Counted from the stretch's first letter, positions 1 to 14,374 are shown. The stretch: 64,000 nucleotides of DNA from Paraspadella gotoi (GCA_051294375.1 CM119266.1:12129180-12193179); one strand, 5' to 3'. Translations and numbers: made by a program. Notes: generated from the letters alone by a model not told the origin.

Positions 1-467
1 GATTGTTAATTGTTAATTGTTAATTGTGGTCATTGTGGTCGTAGCAACGATTTTATACACGGTAGTTTAAACCCGCAATAGCCATGGACCTATCGTGCAC
101 AAACGACCGCGATCACTAAAAAAAAAAANNNNNNNNNNNNNNNNNNNNNNNNNGAAAGAAAAAAAAAAGAAAAGAGAAAAGAAAAAAAGCAAGCGACCGC
201 AGTTCCATCATATTATCGTCGCGCGCCGAAAGGAAAACGTTTCGTCGTACTAATTAAGGCAGTCGTCAGTTTCCTTCACTGCATTCCACTGTTTTCACTG
301 TCTGTCTGTCTATCATTTTTATCGGTCAATTCATTTCTCTCTCTCTCTCTCTCTCTCTCTCTTTCAGTATCAGTCATCCTCTTATCATCTCCTCTCTCTC
401 TCTCCCCCCTTCTTCCTCCGATCCTCTGACAGGCCTCCTTTGACCCAATGAAAAGACACGAGTATCG

Positions 468-1199
468 GCGCTCCATCGGCCTTCATGCTGCTTGTGCCTG
501 CTCGTTGACCCAGTGACGCGGGCGAAGATTTCGATACTCCCCTTTTCGCTCATCACCCAAAACCGCGTTACCCCTTTCATCTCAACCCACCATCATCTCG
601 CTCAACCGCCTCCATTCGTTTTCGTGTGAACCTACTTTACCTTCCTCCACTCAACCACTTGGCCCTCTTCCTTATCCTTCTTTTTCCTTTTCCCTTCTTT
701 TTCCTTTTTCCTCCATTTCCTTTTTTTTTATCATTTAGATTTCTTTCTCTTCTTTGGCCAATTTTTCCCTCTTGATATATAATTCTGCGATGCTTCAAAA
801 GAAGAAGTGGAGAATGAATAGCACAAAACTTACTTGGCAGCTTGAAAACTATTTGAACTACATAGTAAAGTTTGTTTGACAACAAATTAATCTGCAAACA
901 TGATTAGGCGGCAAAAAAATATTTTTGACCATTCCTAGCTTTTAAATAATATTTAACCACATAGAAAACAATTCTTAGGTAATCTATCGATCGCATTGTG
1001 GAAATAAGATTTTCATAACTACCAAGTTTTCTAGCCATACTTAATTTGACTGGGTGGTTTTTATCTGGCGCCCTTCCTTCACCTCTGCTATAGACTTATT
1101 GCGTCGCACCCTGCCATCCATCTCTCCTCCCTGCCGTCTTTATTAACTCCCTTCCTCATCTCTCGCATTCCCGATGAAAAAACTACGAGCCTCTCTCTC

Positions 1200-1239
<40 letters not shown>

Positions 1240-2450
1240 GTCTCTCTCTCTCTCCTTACCTTCTCTCTCTCTCTCGCGCACCGCTTCGTCGCTTTTTTTC
1301 TCCTCAGGCTTATAATTTTTTTCCCCCTCGTTCTCTCTGCTCTATACAGTTTTTTTTCTATCTCGCAAAAATCGAAATTTTCAGTTTCTTGTTTATTTTT
1401 CGCGCTCCATCGCCTTCTGCTCTTGTGCCTGCTTCGTTGACCCAGTGACGCGGGCGAATTTCGATACTCCCCTTTCGCTCTCACCCAAACCGCTTACCCT
1501 TTCACTCACCCCCACCCTCATCTCCTCAACCGCCTCCTCGGTTTTCGTGTGACCTACTTTACCTTCCTCCACTCAACCACTTTGCCCTCTTCTTTTCCTT
1601 CTTTTTCCTTTTCCTTCTTTTCCTTTTCCTCCATTTCACCTTTTTTTTTATCAATTTAGATTTCTTTCTCTTCTTTGGCCAATTTTTCCTCTTGATATAT
1701 ATCTGCGATGCTTCAAAAGAAGAAGTGGAGAATGAATAGCACAAACTTACTTGGCAGCTTGAAAACTATTTGACTAACATATAAAGTTGTTTGACAACAA
1801 ATTAATCTGCAACAGATAGGCGGCAAAAGAAATATTTTTGACCATTCTAGCTTTTAAATATATTTAACACATAGAAAAATTCTAGTAATCTATCGATCGC
1901 ATTGTGGAAATAGATTTCATACTACCAATTTTCTACCATACTTAATTTGGAAGCTGGGTGGTTTTTATCTGGCGCCTTCCTTTCACCTCTGCTATAGGAA
2001 CTTATTGCGTCGCACCCTCCATCATCTCTCCTCCCTGCCTCTTTATTAACTCCCTCCCCATCTCTCGCAATTCCCGATGAAAAAACTACGCCTCTCTCTC
2101 TCTCTCTCTCTCTNNNNNNNNNNNNNNNNNNNNNNNNNCTCTCTCTCTCTCTCCTCGTCTCTCTCTCTCTCCTTACCTTCTCTCTCTCTCTCGCGCACCG
2201 CTTCGTCGCTTTTTTTCTCCTCAGGCTTATAATTTTTTTCCCCCTCGTTCTCTCTGCTCTATACAGTTTTTTTTCTATCTCGCAAAAATCGAAATTTTCA
2301 GTTTCTTGTTTATTTTTCGCTCTCTCTCTCTCGCGCACTTCGTCGCTTTTTTCTCCTCAGCTTATAATTTTTTTCCCCCTCGTTTCTCTGCTCTATACAG
2401 TTTTTTTTCTCTCGCAAAATCGAAATTTTCAGTTTCTTGTTTATTTTTTC
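468..2450 (+). repeat. Tandem ~935-bp duplication (468-1401 and 1402-2320) plus a partial third copy (2321-2450)
   Basis: Both copies start gcgctccatc...cttgtgcctgc...gttgacccagtgacgcgggcgaa and end gtttcttgtttatttttcgc. They differ mostly by single-base indels, and copy 2 contains a 25-N gap. Confidence 0.9.
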
Positions 2451-2620
2451 GATCTCCGCGTAACGTAAACACGGAGGATGAGGAAGAGGATGAGGAGGAG
2501 CAAAGATGAAGAGGAGCAAGGAGGAGGAGCAATGGGGAGGAGGGTTTCGTGGAAAAAGAAGACGTTCGTTCATCCAGAGAGAATCTCAATCTCTTTCGCT
2601 CTCTCGCTCTCGCTTTTCCT

Positions 2621-2651
<31 letters not shown>

Positions 2652-3832
2652 NNNNNNNNNNNNNNNNNNNNNNNNNNNNNNNNNNNNNNNNNNNNNNNNN
2701 NNNNNNNNNNNNNNNNNNNNNNNNNNNNNNNNNNNNNNNNNNNNNNNNNNNNNNNNNNNNNNNNNNNNNNNNNNNNNNNNNNNNNNNNNNNNNNNNNNNN
2801 NNNNNNNNNNNNNNNNNNNNNNNNNNNNNNNNNNNNNNNNNNNNNNNNNNNNNNNNNNNNNNNNNNNNNNNNNNNNNNNNNNNNNNNNNNNNNNNNNNNN
2901 NNNNNNNNNNNNNNNNNNNNNNNNNNNNNNNNNNNNNNNNNNNNNNNNNNNNAAATTGGTCGTGGATTCAATCCTCCTTCCTACTTTCATCTCCTTCTTG
3001 TCATTTCCTCTTTGTATTTACTACGAACTCGACATTTTCATTTGTCGTCTTCTTTCTCGCCCTCTTGTAAAAAAAAAGATAAAGTTCCTATTTTCCCTTT
3101 TTTTTATTTTCCTTTTTTATCAGTCACGTCGATCTCGATGTCCTTTTCCACTTTTCTCTCTCCGATTTATTCCAGTTATCTCTCTTCTCTTTTCTTTTTC
3201 TTTCTTCTATTCTCATCTGTTCTGTTCTCTTCTCCTCTCTTTTCTTTTTCTTTCTTTACTCATCTTCTGTTCTCATCTGTTATATTCTCTTCTCTTCTTT
3301 TTCTTCTCTTTTTTTTCTTTTCTCCTCTTCGCTTTGCTTTTCCCTTTTTCTTTTCCTTTTCCCCTGTCTTATTCTCATCCCGCCAATCCCTCTTTCCTCT
3401 GCCCTTTTCTTTTTATTTTAATTTCCCAATTTTCCTTCCTTTGATTTTGAGATTTTGATGTCTTTCAAATTCTTCTCATTTTTCCGTCTCCTTTTTCTTT
3501 ATTATCCTTCTCTTCTTTTTAATTCTTCCTTCCCATCCTAACTCAGTCTTTTCTTTTTTCCTTTCCTCCTTTCCTCCATTTCCTTTTTCATTTCTCCTTT
3601 TTCCTCCTCGTTTCCCGAGTGTTTCAATGCGTCAATTCAAGTCCACGCGATGTCGACTGTCACACATACGTCGCGCCTATGTCGCGTCTGGCGTCTCACC
3701 TTTCCACGTCTCTGTAACAACGAACTTCGCTTCTGAAGCGTTACGCGTTTCGACCCCGAGTGACTGAACGTCCGCGACTGCGTCCTCTCGCGCGCGCTGC
3801 GCCTCGAGCGCGACCGAGCGACGCGCGTGGTA

Positions 3833-3954
<122 letters not shown>

Positions 3955-4190
3955 CTCCACTATACCGCCCAGGGGGTGATAGTGGAGTTAAGACAAGGGA
4001 GGGTTTGGGTAGCTGACTCCTCTTCCTCTTCTCACCGGAACAAGCAGATTCGTTCTTCCTCCTAATCAGGGGGAATCCTTATTTTCTTGATTTTTTCATT
4101 CTATTTTTATTCTTTTTTTTGCCCCCTTCACTTTCCCCCCTCCCAAAAAAAAATTGGATTCTCTTTATTCAAAAAAGAATTTATGGTTTT

Positions 4191-4240
4191 GATTCCATCT
4201 GATTCCATCTGATTCCATCTGATTCCATCTCTGATTCCAC
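4191..4240. repeat. 10-bp tandem repeat (GATTCCATCT)x4 plus a partial copy
   Basis: Directly visible. Confidence 0.9.
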
Positions 4241-5568
4241 CTAAACCCGCGATACCGACGACGCTTCTACTTTGTCTTAAGAGCATTCCTGGTTGGTTGG
4301 GTCCACACAAAAAAGACAAGAAAAAAAAAATCTTGGATCTGAACTAAAGAAAAAAACGGAGACTGAAGAAAAAAATTTCCCTCCTCTTATTTTTAGTAAG
4401 TGAAATTATTAGGATCATTCGTCATTTTTTCAGCGATTGAATCGCTCTCTCTCTCTCNNNNNNNNNNNNNNNNNNNNNNNNNNNNNNNNNNNNNNNNNNN
4501 NNNNNNNNNNNNNNNNNNNNNNNNNNNNNNNNNNNNNNNNNNNNNNNNNNNNNNNNNNNNNNNNNNNNNNNNNNNNNNNNNNNNNNNNNNNNNNNNNNNN
4601 NNNNNNNNNNNNNNNNNNNCTCTTTTCCCTCCCACCCTTTTTCAAATGCGCACACACTCGTTCATTTCTCTTTCGTTTTACATCCAAAGTAATAAAGAAA
4701 ATTCAACTTCGAAGCTCGAACTGTTTTTCTCTCCTTCAACCTCCGGATCGTCTTTATCGTCGTCTTCGTCGTCGTTTTCGTCGTCGGATTCATCGTCCCT
4801 CTTGACGTATTATTTTTTACGTCGTCGTCTTCGTCGTCGTCGTCGGCCCTCGAGTCAAAAGAACTTTTCATGACACTTAAAAGATTCTCTCTCTCTCNNN
4901 NNNNNNNNNNNNNNNNNNNNNCCCCCTCTCTCTTCTGCATAGACGAGTAAGCGAGAGCCACACACTCGAGTTGTTTCGATGCTTCGGTTAATAATCGTTT
5001 AATGATAATCGTTATTCGCTAATAAAAAAACAAATCCTATTACTGGACTCATTTTTTTTCGGTCTTTCTTCTCTTTCTTGGCGAGCGGGAGTCGAAGATC
5101 TTTATATTTTTTGTTTTTGTTTTCTTTTTTATCTTTTTTTAATTATATACATATCATGATTAATTACATTTTTTATCGAAAAATAAAGCTTACAAAAAGG
5201 ACATAACGGGGTCAGCAAAATTAGCTAGCATTTTGGTAATTAACTTTCTTATTTACGGTTTTAACTTTGTTTACTAGGAAAAACATATTTTTTTATTCAC
5301 AACGATTTTTTATTGACAGTGAATACAAAAATCTGGTTTTTTTTAATACCAAAACGCAACGAAATGAAAGGATTATATCAATGTCACCTTTGTTTATAAA
5401 AAGCTACAACGTTACATTCAACATTTGATAATTTTCATATGTCCAAATAACCCTAAACTTTCCACACCTATTATCTGCACGTCCAATGCAACAACACACA
5501 CACAAAAAGGCTGTGGGACTCGATAATGGGTCTCGTTCGACAATTGGCGGTGGCCAATTAGTCCGCTT

Positions 5569-5687
<119 letters not shown>

Positions 5688-6684
5688 AACTAAAGACATC
5701 CGCCCGGGTTTGTTTCGAGTTTCGTCGGCGGTGGCCTCTCTCTCTAATCATCTTTTCTTTTCGACCAAAAGTTATGACCCTTTTTTTTCGCTCACTTCCG
5801 ATTTATGGCGCTGGATGTCGTGAGGTGTTTTTTATTTCCGCTTTTGACGGATAACTAAGTCTAAGATTCTCGGTCGAAATACACAAGTTATGAAAATTTA
5901 ATTCTGCAGTTAGATATTTGAGTTTTTTAAAGAAATTAATACAGTTTAATTTTTTTTATTAAATTATAAATATCTTTTATATTTCCTTATTTATGTGAAT
6001 TTATGATTTCTATTTATTCAAAAAATTTTTTTGTAAATTAAATGCATTTTCAAATTTTTTATTGAAAAATAAGAATATCTATTTATCTCGTTAATTACTT
6101 GACTCAATCTTGGACCAAGAAATTGTCAGAATAAAGTCCTAAAAATTCACCTTTTTTCCCCCAAAATTTCGAATCGAATAAATTTATGTTAATTATATAG
6201 TAATTGATTGCGTCAGATCCCATAGATCTTCTTGTTTTTCTCTTTGATCCTCAACTTCTTAACTTTATTAACACATCCAGCAAAATCCCTCGAGTTTCTC
6301 TGTCCCTGTATTTCCAAGCATTTCTCAATATGATTACGTATTGTTATGCTGAATGACCTTTCCTCNNNNNNNNNNAAAGAAAGATTGAAAGAAGAAAAGA
6401 AAAAAAGCGAGTGGCCCTCGTCCGCCCCTTTTCCGTTCGGTGAAATGATTTTCCTTTTTGATCTTCGTGAGTTTTTTGACCCTCGTGTCTGACGTCGGTG
6501 ACGAGGCGGGATTCCTCGTGAGAATTTTATGAGGACGACGGTGACAACGACGACGACGGCGACGACGACGACGAGCGATAATTATTGCTTTTTATTTTGA
6601 ATCACGATTCGTTTTTATGAGTTTTAAAAATTATCCGCACCAAACCTGCTTGACCTCCTTAATATCCTGTTTTGTCTTATTAAA

Positions 6685-6687
<3 letters not shown>

Positions 6688-6773
<86 letters not shown>
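6688..6773. repeat. (ATT/TAA)n microsatellite, possibly a retroelement 3' tail
   Basis: Perfect trinucleotide run that abuts a minus-strand open frame. Confidence 0.9.
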
Positions 6774-6774
<1 letters not shown>

Positions 6775-6980
6775 AATAATGATATGCAAGCCAGATAATT
6801 GGTTACTCTGTCAGGATATTTGTTCATCCGGCTTTTAAAAAGAGTTCTGTTCTTTGCTTCGCTGGTCTTCATGCTTTGGTTCCAATGGTTTTGCTGAATA
6901 AACTTACGAGATCCTTTGAGAATTTTACATCCCCTCTGACACAAAGTATTTTTAAATTCTGAAACCGGTTCTACTTGGAG
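6688..6980 (-). mobile_element. Putative 3' end of a non-LTR retrotransposon (LINE) with a (TAA)n tail
   Basis: Minus frame 6980-6771 is open (LQVEPVSEFKNTLCQRGCKILKGSRKFIQQNHWNQSMKTSEAKNRTLFKSRMNKYPDRVTNYLACISLF*). It loosely resembles the WN...FK.RL/M.KY C-terminus of CR1/L2/Jockey-group ORF2, and its stop runs directly into (TAA)n. Confidence 0.35.
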
Positions 6981-7811
6981 TTAAGAAATGAATTTTCCCA
7001 CATTTTACCACAATCTGTCAAAACAACTTTGAGCTCCTTTATGTACTTAGGTAAAGGAGTAATGAGAGAGTCTTGATTGAAAGCTTGCAGGGACCTGCTA
7101 TGTCATTATCTTGTAAGAGTGATGGAGGCCTTAAACCACCAAAGCCTGTCCAAAGTCAGGGGCAAGATAGCTTATTTATTAAATGAATGGATAATTTTTA
7201 TATTGGTTGTACCAATTTCATATAAATAAAAACTGTCAAATTGAAAATCTTACAACTCTGGTTGCATATAATTCATACGCGAATCTTCATAAAATTTTAA
7301 ATATTGTTTATTTTTCATTGAAGATTCTCTTTTCGCTCAATTGATATGCAAACTTTTTTTTCTCAAAAACAAAATCCCAAATAATTTTTTCCCCTCCGTC
7401 ACAAAGCCGACTTTGTCGGTAAAAGCCGTTTGACGAAGACCGACAGGTTTTGGCCGACGTCGTTAAAGACGCTCTCAATGCCTTCGACGACGAAATAAAA
7501 AAACGATTTACATTCGCGAAGACAAAAAATCTTTGCGACGAGGATGCTTCATTGCCTTACCTGTTGTCAACAGTGTTGACGAGGAAAATGATAACAACAA
7601 CTACAATAACAATAACAACAAAAACGAGAAAACTTTTTATGACTATGAAAATGAGTCAAAAAAGTACCGACGACGACGATAACGACGACGACAAAGTAAA
7701 ATTTGTTTGCGCCAACAAATTTGTTTTCCTGATGTAATGACGACGACGACGACGACGACGACGAGGAATGGTTTCACTTTTGATCCTAAACGTCGGCGCG
7801 AATTAGCGATT

Positions 7812-7926
<115 letters not shown>

Positions 7927-9359
7927 CCTGTCTGGGTCGGATCGTATCGCTGACCCATGAGGAATTGAGGATCGAGGGGAAAAAAATAAACAAAAAAAAG
8001 TTTTAGGTAAAAAATATTGTATCGATGTTTTTTCTCTTTTATTTTTTTTCTGCAGAAATCCCGCATTCCTTCCCTTAATCTGTCATTGGGCTAAAAAATT
8101 GTTTTGCCGCCGCCGAAGACGACGACGACGACGACGAAGAGGACGACGAAAGAATTAAACCGCTTTCGCGTAATAATCCGCACGTTTTCATTCTTTTATT
8201 CCCCGGTCGTCGTCGTCGTTGTCTTCGTCGTTGTCGTCGTCGTCGGTTTTTATTGCCTGGCGCTGTGAATTACTTTCACTTACCTCATTTACTCACTTCA
8301 GTCGGAAAAAAAGTCGGTTGAAGCTTTCTGGTTATATGCGTTTGTCACTAAAAGTTTTGGAGTGGTAACTTGATGCGTAATGAATATTACCCACATCTGA
8401 ATATAAAGTTTGTTAAATGAGAATGCGGGAATCACTAAGTCAGTTTAGCTGCAGTTTTATGTTTCGAGTACTGAAGGGGAAAAAGCGAGGTTTCACTGTT
8501 TAACCGCGCGACGCAGTGACTGACTGACTTGGCTGACTAACTCTTAACGCTCGTCGGTGACAATGCGACAGCGCGGCGTGGCATTCCCTGAGGCGCCGTG
8601 ACAGAGAGCTATTAGAAGGTGACAGAGTCTAAGTGATACAAAGTGAGGCGCTGTGACAGATTTGACATTCCCGAGTTGAAAAGACAAAAAATGGTATTGC
8701 GAAGATGCTGCGACGTCCTTAACTTTCCTTTTTTTTTGGTCAGAATAGTGGAAAGATCAAATGAATAAAGAATAAAAACATTTTCGTGTCCATGAAAAAT
8801 CAAACAAATGGAAAATGATAGACAAACAAATTCCCTTCTCTTTTTCTTTCGATTCTAGAATTTATCTATTTCGTTAAATGTTTCCCCTCTCCTCCAAGTT
8901 TACATCGTAGCTAAGTTCCATACTTAGTCTCTTCGACTACCCCTTGCCCCCGCCTCACTCTAGTCTCTCGCCCCTCTCTCCCCCCCCCCTTGCCCCCGTC
9001 GCGCCTTACATAAAGATATCGAGTTCAAGGACCGAATATTCCACTTCGCTCCCAAACTCGGATCACCTTTCCATTTTTTCCTACATCCATTTCTTTCCAT
9101 TTTTCTCCTTTTTTCATTTTTCGTTTTTTTCTCCGCGAGTTGAGTAAACTTCTTCTCTTTTTCCTTTTGACCCGAGCCTAGTTTTTCTTTTTTTCCTTTC
9201 TTTCTTTTTTCTTTCTTTTCTACCTTTGACGCTCCCGTCCGTTTCCTTTTATTAGAGTCTTCGTCCTTCATCTCTTAGACTTTCATTTCCCATCCGTCGA
9301 CGCCGACTTTTCTCTCTCGCGTTTTTTTTTCTCTCTCGCGACGCTCTATCTTTTTAAAT

Positions 9360-9433
9360 GCTTGCTTGCTTTCTTTCTTTCTTTCTTTCTGTCTTTCTTT
9401 CTTTCTTTCTTTCTGTCTTTCTTTCTTTTTTTT

Positions 9434-9529
<96 letters not shown>

Positions 9530-9530
9530 T
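9360..9530. repeat. (CTTT)n microsatellite
   Basis: Directly visible; similar tracts at 18830-18930 and (GAAA)n at 59963-60050. Confidence 0.95.
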
Positions 9531-9929
9531 CCTCTCTTTTATACTGCTTCCTTCTTTTCTATCTTTTCCCTTCTTTTCCTTTCCCTTTCTTTCCTTTCCT
9601 CGTCCCCCATTTTACCCGTTCGCTTTCGGGTCTCATCCCGGTGCATCAAAGCGCGGGGAGAGACTCCCGCTGCTGCGATTTTGCTGATTCGCCGCGGCGT
9701 CGGTTCTACGTCGTCAGCCGCGGTCGCCGACGCGGAGCGGCGGAGAGGAGGAAATCTCGCTCGTGCCACTTGGCTTTGGAGGAAAGGGAGGAAAAAGGGA
9801 GAAAAGGCCGTGAAAAGCGAGAAAAAGGAAAAAGGGAATGGACGACAGAATATTCTCCACTGTCTCTGTCTCACTCTTTCTTTTCTCCTTTTTTTCTCCC
9901 TTTTTCTTTTTTTTTTTAAAAGAGAGAGT

Positions 9930-10847
9930 AAAGAAAAAGAAGCGAATTAAACAAATAAATGAAAAAGAGAGAAATAAGAAAAAGAAAGCGTGAAAATAAG
10001 GAAAAAGAAACAATTAGGCGACTAGGGAAAAAGAAGAGGAAGAAAGACAGAGAGAGAGAGAGAGAGAGAGAAGAGAGAGAAAGAGAGAGAGAGACGAGAG
10101 AGAGGACTCGATGAGGGGGAAAGGACAATAAAAAGAATGAAAAAGACATTTAAAGAAAGTAAAGACAATGAGGCCGCGTTAAGAAGCACTGGCCATACGA
10201 AAAACTTATTATTACGCGGCTGAGAAAAAAAAAAGGCTCGAGGCTGATTGATGGAGAGAAAGAAAGAATCTGAGATGAAGGAAACGATGATTTGAAAAAG
10301 TTAAAAAAAAAGCCGAGCGGCTCGATTGGTTGGATATAAAATAAAAAGGGAAACGTCGGAGGAAGATGGATGCGATTAATGTGGATTTAAAATTGATACC
10401 GTGAATGAGTTATCGCGGGAATGGCGAGCCGATATATAATAGGAGCTTACTCAAAATAATAATAGCAAATATCCTATAATGGACATTGAAAGTATGGCCC
10501 TCTCATTCGTTACAACAATGTTAAACAAATCTTGTAATCAAAAAAGTATAGCACACTTTCTATGAAACGCTTAATCTATTTTCAGAAACGCCATGTATGA
10601 GAACAGAAGGTAACAAAATGAAATATTTTGTTTTCGTACATAAAAAATTAGGCCGATGCGCGGCCGTCGTCCCTCGGGTTCCCCGTCTGTGGTCTACGCT
10701 TCGGAAACTATGAACATCAATTTTTGCGGGTAGTAATTCGAGGCCTGGTACGTGCGGGTAATTCTTCAATTTTGTACAGCCGAGAAAGCTCGCTAAGTCG
10801 TGGTCAGACAACGACGAATTAAAAGCCTCTTTCTCGCCTCTCTCTCT

Positions 10848-10886
<39 letters not shown>

Positions 10887-11026
10887 TCTCGTCTCTCATC
10901 GTCTGCTCTCGCTCAATTTGCCGCCGTTGTCTTCGTTCATCGGGACACGTTTATTTCATTCATCTTCCGGTTCTAATATATAATCTTAGTGTTGCCTCCT
11001 TTCCGGAGGAGACAATGAAAGAGATG

Positions 11027-11092
<66 letters not shown>

Positions 11093-11255
11093 CTGAAAAC
11101 AGTTAATAGTTACCAAATTTTTGAGAAGTTAACTGTGTTTTTGGGATCGACGAAAAATGATGTTTGTCGAAAAGAAGAAAAAAAAAAAGAAAAAGCGCCA
11201 TAGCAAACAATCTTTTGCTAAAAAAGCAGCCCATGAAAAAGGAAACAAAAACATT

Positions 11256-11347
<92 letters not shown>

Positions 11348-11452
11348 GAAACTGCTGAAAGAGAGAAAAGGGAGAAAAGGAGAAAGAAGCGATAATCTGC
11401 CGGAAAAGAAANNNNNNNNNNNNNNNNNNNNNNNNNGCCTCTCTCTCTCTCT

Positions 11453-11487
<35 letters not shown>

Positions 11488-12545
11488 CCTCTCGTCTCGT
11501 CTCTCGCGTTGCCAAATGTTGTCGCCGCTGTCTTCTTCACTCGGACACGTTATTTCGATTCATTCTTCCGGTTCTAATATATAATCTTAGTGTTCCTCCT
11601 TCCGGAGGAGACAAGAAAGAAAAAAGAGAAGAGAGAGAGAGGAGGAGAAGAGGATGAGAGAGTCGAATGAGAGAGAGAGAGATGAGAGAGAGGAGAGAGA
11701 GTGCTGAAAACAGTTATAGTTACCAAATTTTTGAGAAGTTAACTGTGTTTTTGGGATCGACGAAAAATGATGTTTGTCGAAAAGAAGAAAAAAAAAAGAA
11801 AAAGCGCCATAGCAAACAATCTTAAAATAAGAGGCAATCTTTGCGGGAGAAAGAGCTTTTTCGTCGTTGTCTGACCCACGACTTAGCGAGCTTTCTCGCT
11901 ACAAAATTGAAGAATTGCCCGCACGTACCAGGCCTCGTATTACTCCCGCAAAATTGATGTTCATAGTTTCCGAAGCGTGACCCAGACGGGGAACCCGGGG
12001 AACCGACGGCGGCGCTCGGCCTAATTTTTTTGTCACGAAAAACTAAATATTTCTTTGTTACCTTCTTTCTCATAATCAGGCGTTTCTGAAAATGATTAAG
12101 CGTTTCATAGAAAAGTGTGCTATACTTTTTGATTACAAGATTTGTTTAAATTGTTGTCCGAATGAGGGCCATACTTTCATGTCCATTAAATAGGACTATT
12201 TGCTATATTTTTTGAGTAAGCTCCTATTTAATATCGCTCGCCATTCCCGCGATAACTCATTCACGTATCAATTTTAAATCCACAATTAATCGCTCCTCTT
12301 CCTCCGCGTTCCCTTTTTATTTATATCCAACCAATCGAGCGCTCGGCTTTTCTTTTAACTTTTTTCAAATCTCGTTTCCTTCATCTCAGATTCTTTCTTT
12401 CTCTCCATCAATCGCCTCGAGCCTTTTTTTTTTCTCAGCCGCCGTAATAATAATTTTCGTTGGCCGTCTTCTTAACGCGGCCTCATTGTCTTTACTTTCT
12501 TTATAGTCTTTCATTCTTTTTATTGTCCCTTTCCCCCTCATCGAG

Positions 12546-12608
<63 letters not shown>

Positions 12609-12722
12609 TTCTTCCCCCTTTTCATTCGCCTAATTGTTTCTTTTTCCCTTATTTTCACGCTTTTCTTTTTCTTATTTTTCTCTTTTTCATTTATTTGTTT
12701 TTAATTCGCTTCTTTTTCTTTT
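9930..12722. repeat. Inverted duplication (9930-10825 vs 11853-12722) enclosing a direct duplication (~10900-11215 vs ~11500-11822)
   Basis: gaggcctggtacgtgcggg...gctcgctaagtcgtgg (10740-10803) recurs reverse-complemented at about 11875-11937. cttccggttctaatatataatcttagtgtt...gcgccatagcaaacaatctt occurs twice in the same orientation around the 25-N gap at 11412-11436. Confidence 0.9.
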
Positions 12723-14374
12723 TCAACTTTTTTTTTAATCTTCGGTTTGAAAGGCGTATCGTTGATTTCTCAAAATGTTTATTTTTGGGTTTTTCATTCG
12801 AGAACGATGTTCTGAGAATCTGAAAAGTTTTTTGAACGGATTCTCAGTGAGATGAATTCGTTCAAAAAACTTATAACTAGCGAAAGAAATACCTACATTT
12901 CGACGTAGATTATCAGATTTATTTAATTCTATTTTTTCTTTATTGAAAGACATCCATTTAAAAAGTCAATAAGACTCCAAACAAGCGATTTGAATGCATG
13001 AAAACGAACTGTCGTAAATCGAAGAACATTATTAGAAAAAAACAAAAAACATCCAAAACCTTTCTTTTACAAAAAAATATTTTCTATTTTCTAATATTAA
13101 ACATTCAATTTTTTTTTCATAAATTCTTTGAAAATAAAACTTAATCGAAAAAAAACATAATAAGGATTTTACACTAAACCGTCTTCGGCTCGAATCCAAG
13201 ATATCGGACTCGATACAACTCGTTCGACTTCTTCCCCGTTTTGTGGGTCAAACTCGGGTCCGAGGTCCATTTTGACTCTGCCCCGCCCGCGATTGCGAAA
13301 CCACGACTCTCTCCGTTCTCCGCCTTACTTCACCAATCTCCCCTCCATCTTCCTTACCAACCTTATCTTCAACTTATCTTTATCCTAACTCACCCTTGAT
13401 TCCCCCACCCATCGTAATATTCTCTCTTCCCTTTCTCCTACAATCTTCGCCGCTCTTAAATTAACCTCTTTTGCCCCCCCCCCAAAGTTTGCCATTTCCA
13501 AGATTAAAGTGTTTTTATTTCACTCCCAACCACAGTTGCCCAATCCCCTTTCGATCTCCGACACTCCCGCTCCGTTCTTTCTCAGACCCACAGTGGTTTT
13601 ACGGATTCTGCGTACTTTTTTTTTCGCTGTGGAAGAGAAGATTCGATTAATCGCTGGCCGAGTACGACGACGACGACGACTATTCTTACGTTATTCAATA
13701 ATTGGCTAATCTTAAATGTCATCATCCTTCATTGCCCTCTTAATAATACATTAATTGCTTTCGTCACTCATCGCTTTGTTTCTCCCTATATTTATTTTTA
13801 TATCCATAATTTTCCTCATTATTCTTTTTTGTTTCTCTTCTTCTATCGTTTCTATTCCTTCCTTCATATCTCTCATTATTCATTTAGACTTCATGGCAAA
13901 AGACAACGACCCTCTCTCTCCGTTCATCCATTCTTCTCTTCCTCCGTGGTATCGTTCATGAATTGCATTCTCATTAATCGCTTATTCTATCCCTATCTTT
14001 TTTACGGCGACATTCTCTCTCTCTCTCTNNNNNNNNNNNNNNNNNNNNNNNNNACATCATCTCTCTTCAATCTCTCTTCATCCGTCTTCTCTCTAACTCT
14101 CTCTCATCTCTATCTCTGCTCTCCACGTCATCTCTCTCATCTCTCATCTCTTCTCCCACGGGAAGGGGCATAAAAATAATCCTGTTATTTAAACGCGATT
14201 TCAAAAAGTACCCGGGACCGAGATGAAATAAACAACCCCCGTAACAAACTAACGGTCGGAGCATCTCTCTCCTCTCTCTCTCTCATCTCAATTCTCTCTG
14301 CTCTCTCTCATCTCCATCATCTCTCTATCTCTCATCTCTCTCTCTCTCTCATCTCTCTCTCTCCCCTTGGGTTT

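Noticed and set aside
1-40. (TTGTTAA)x3 as a telomeric repeat
   Set aside because: Too short and not a recognised telomere motif.
7561-7730. Signal-peptide-like minus-strand exon ending at CAG|GTAAGG
   Set aside because: All three frames contain stops, and the hydrophobicity comes from (TTG/GTT)n-like sequence.
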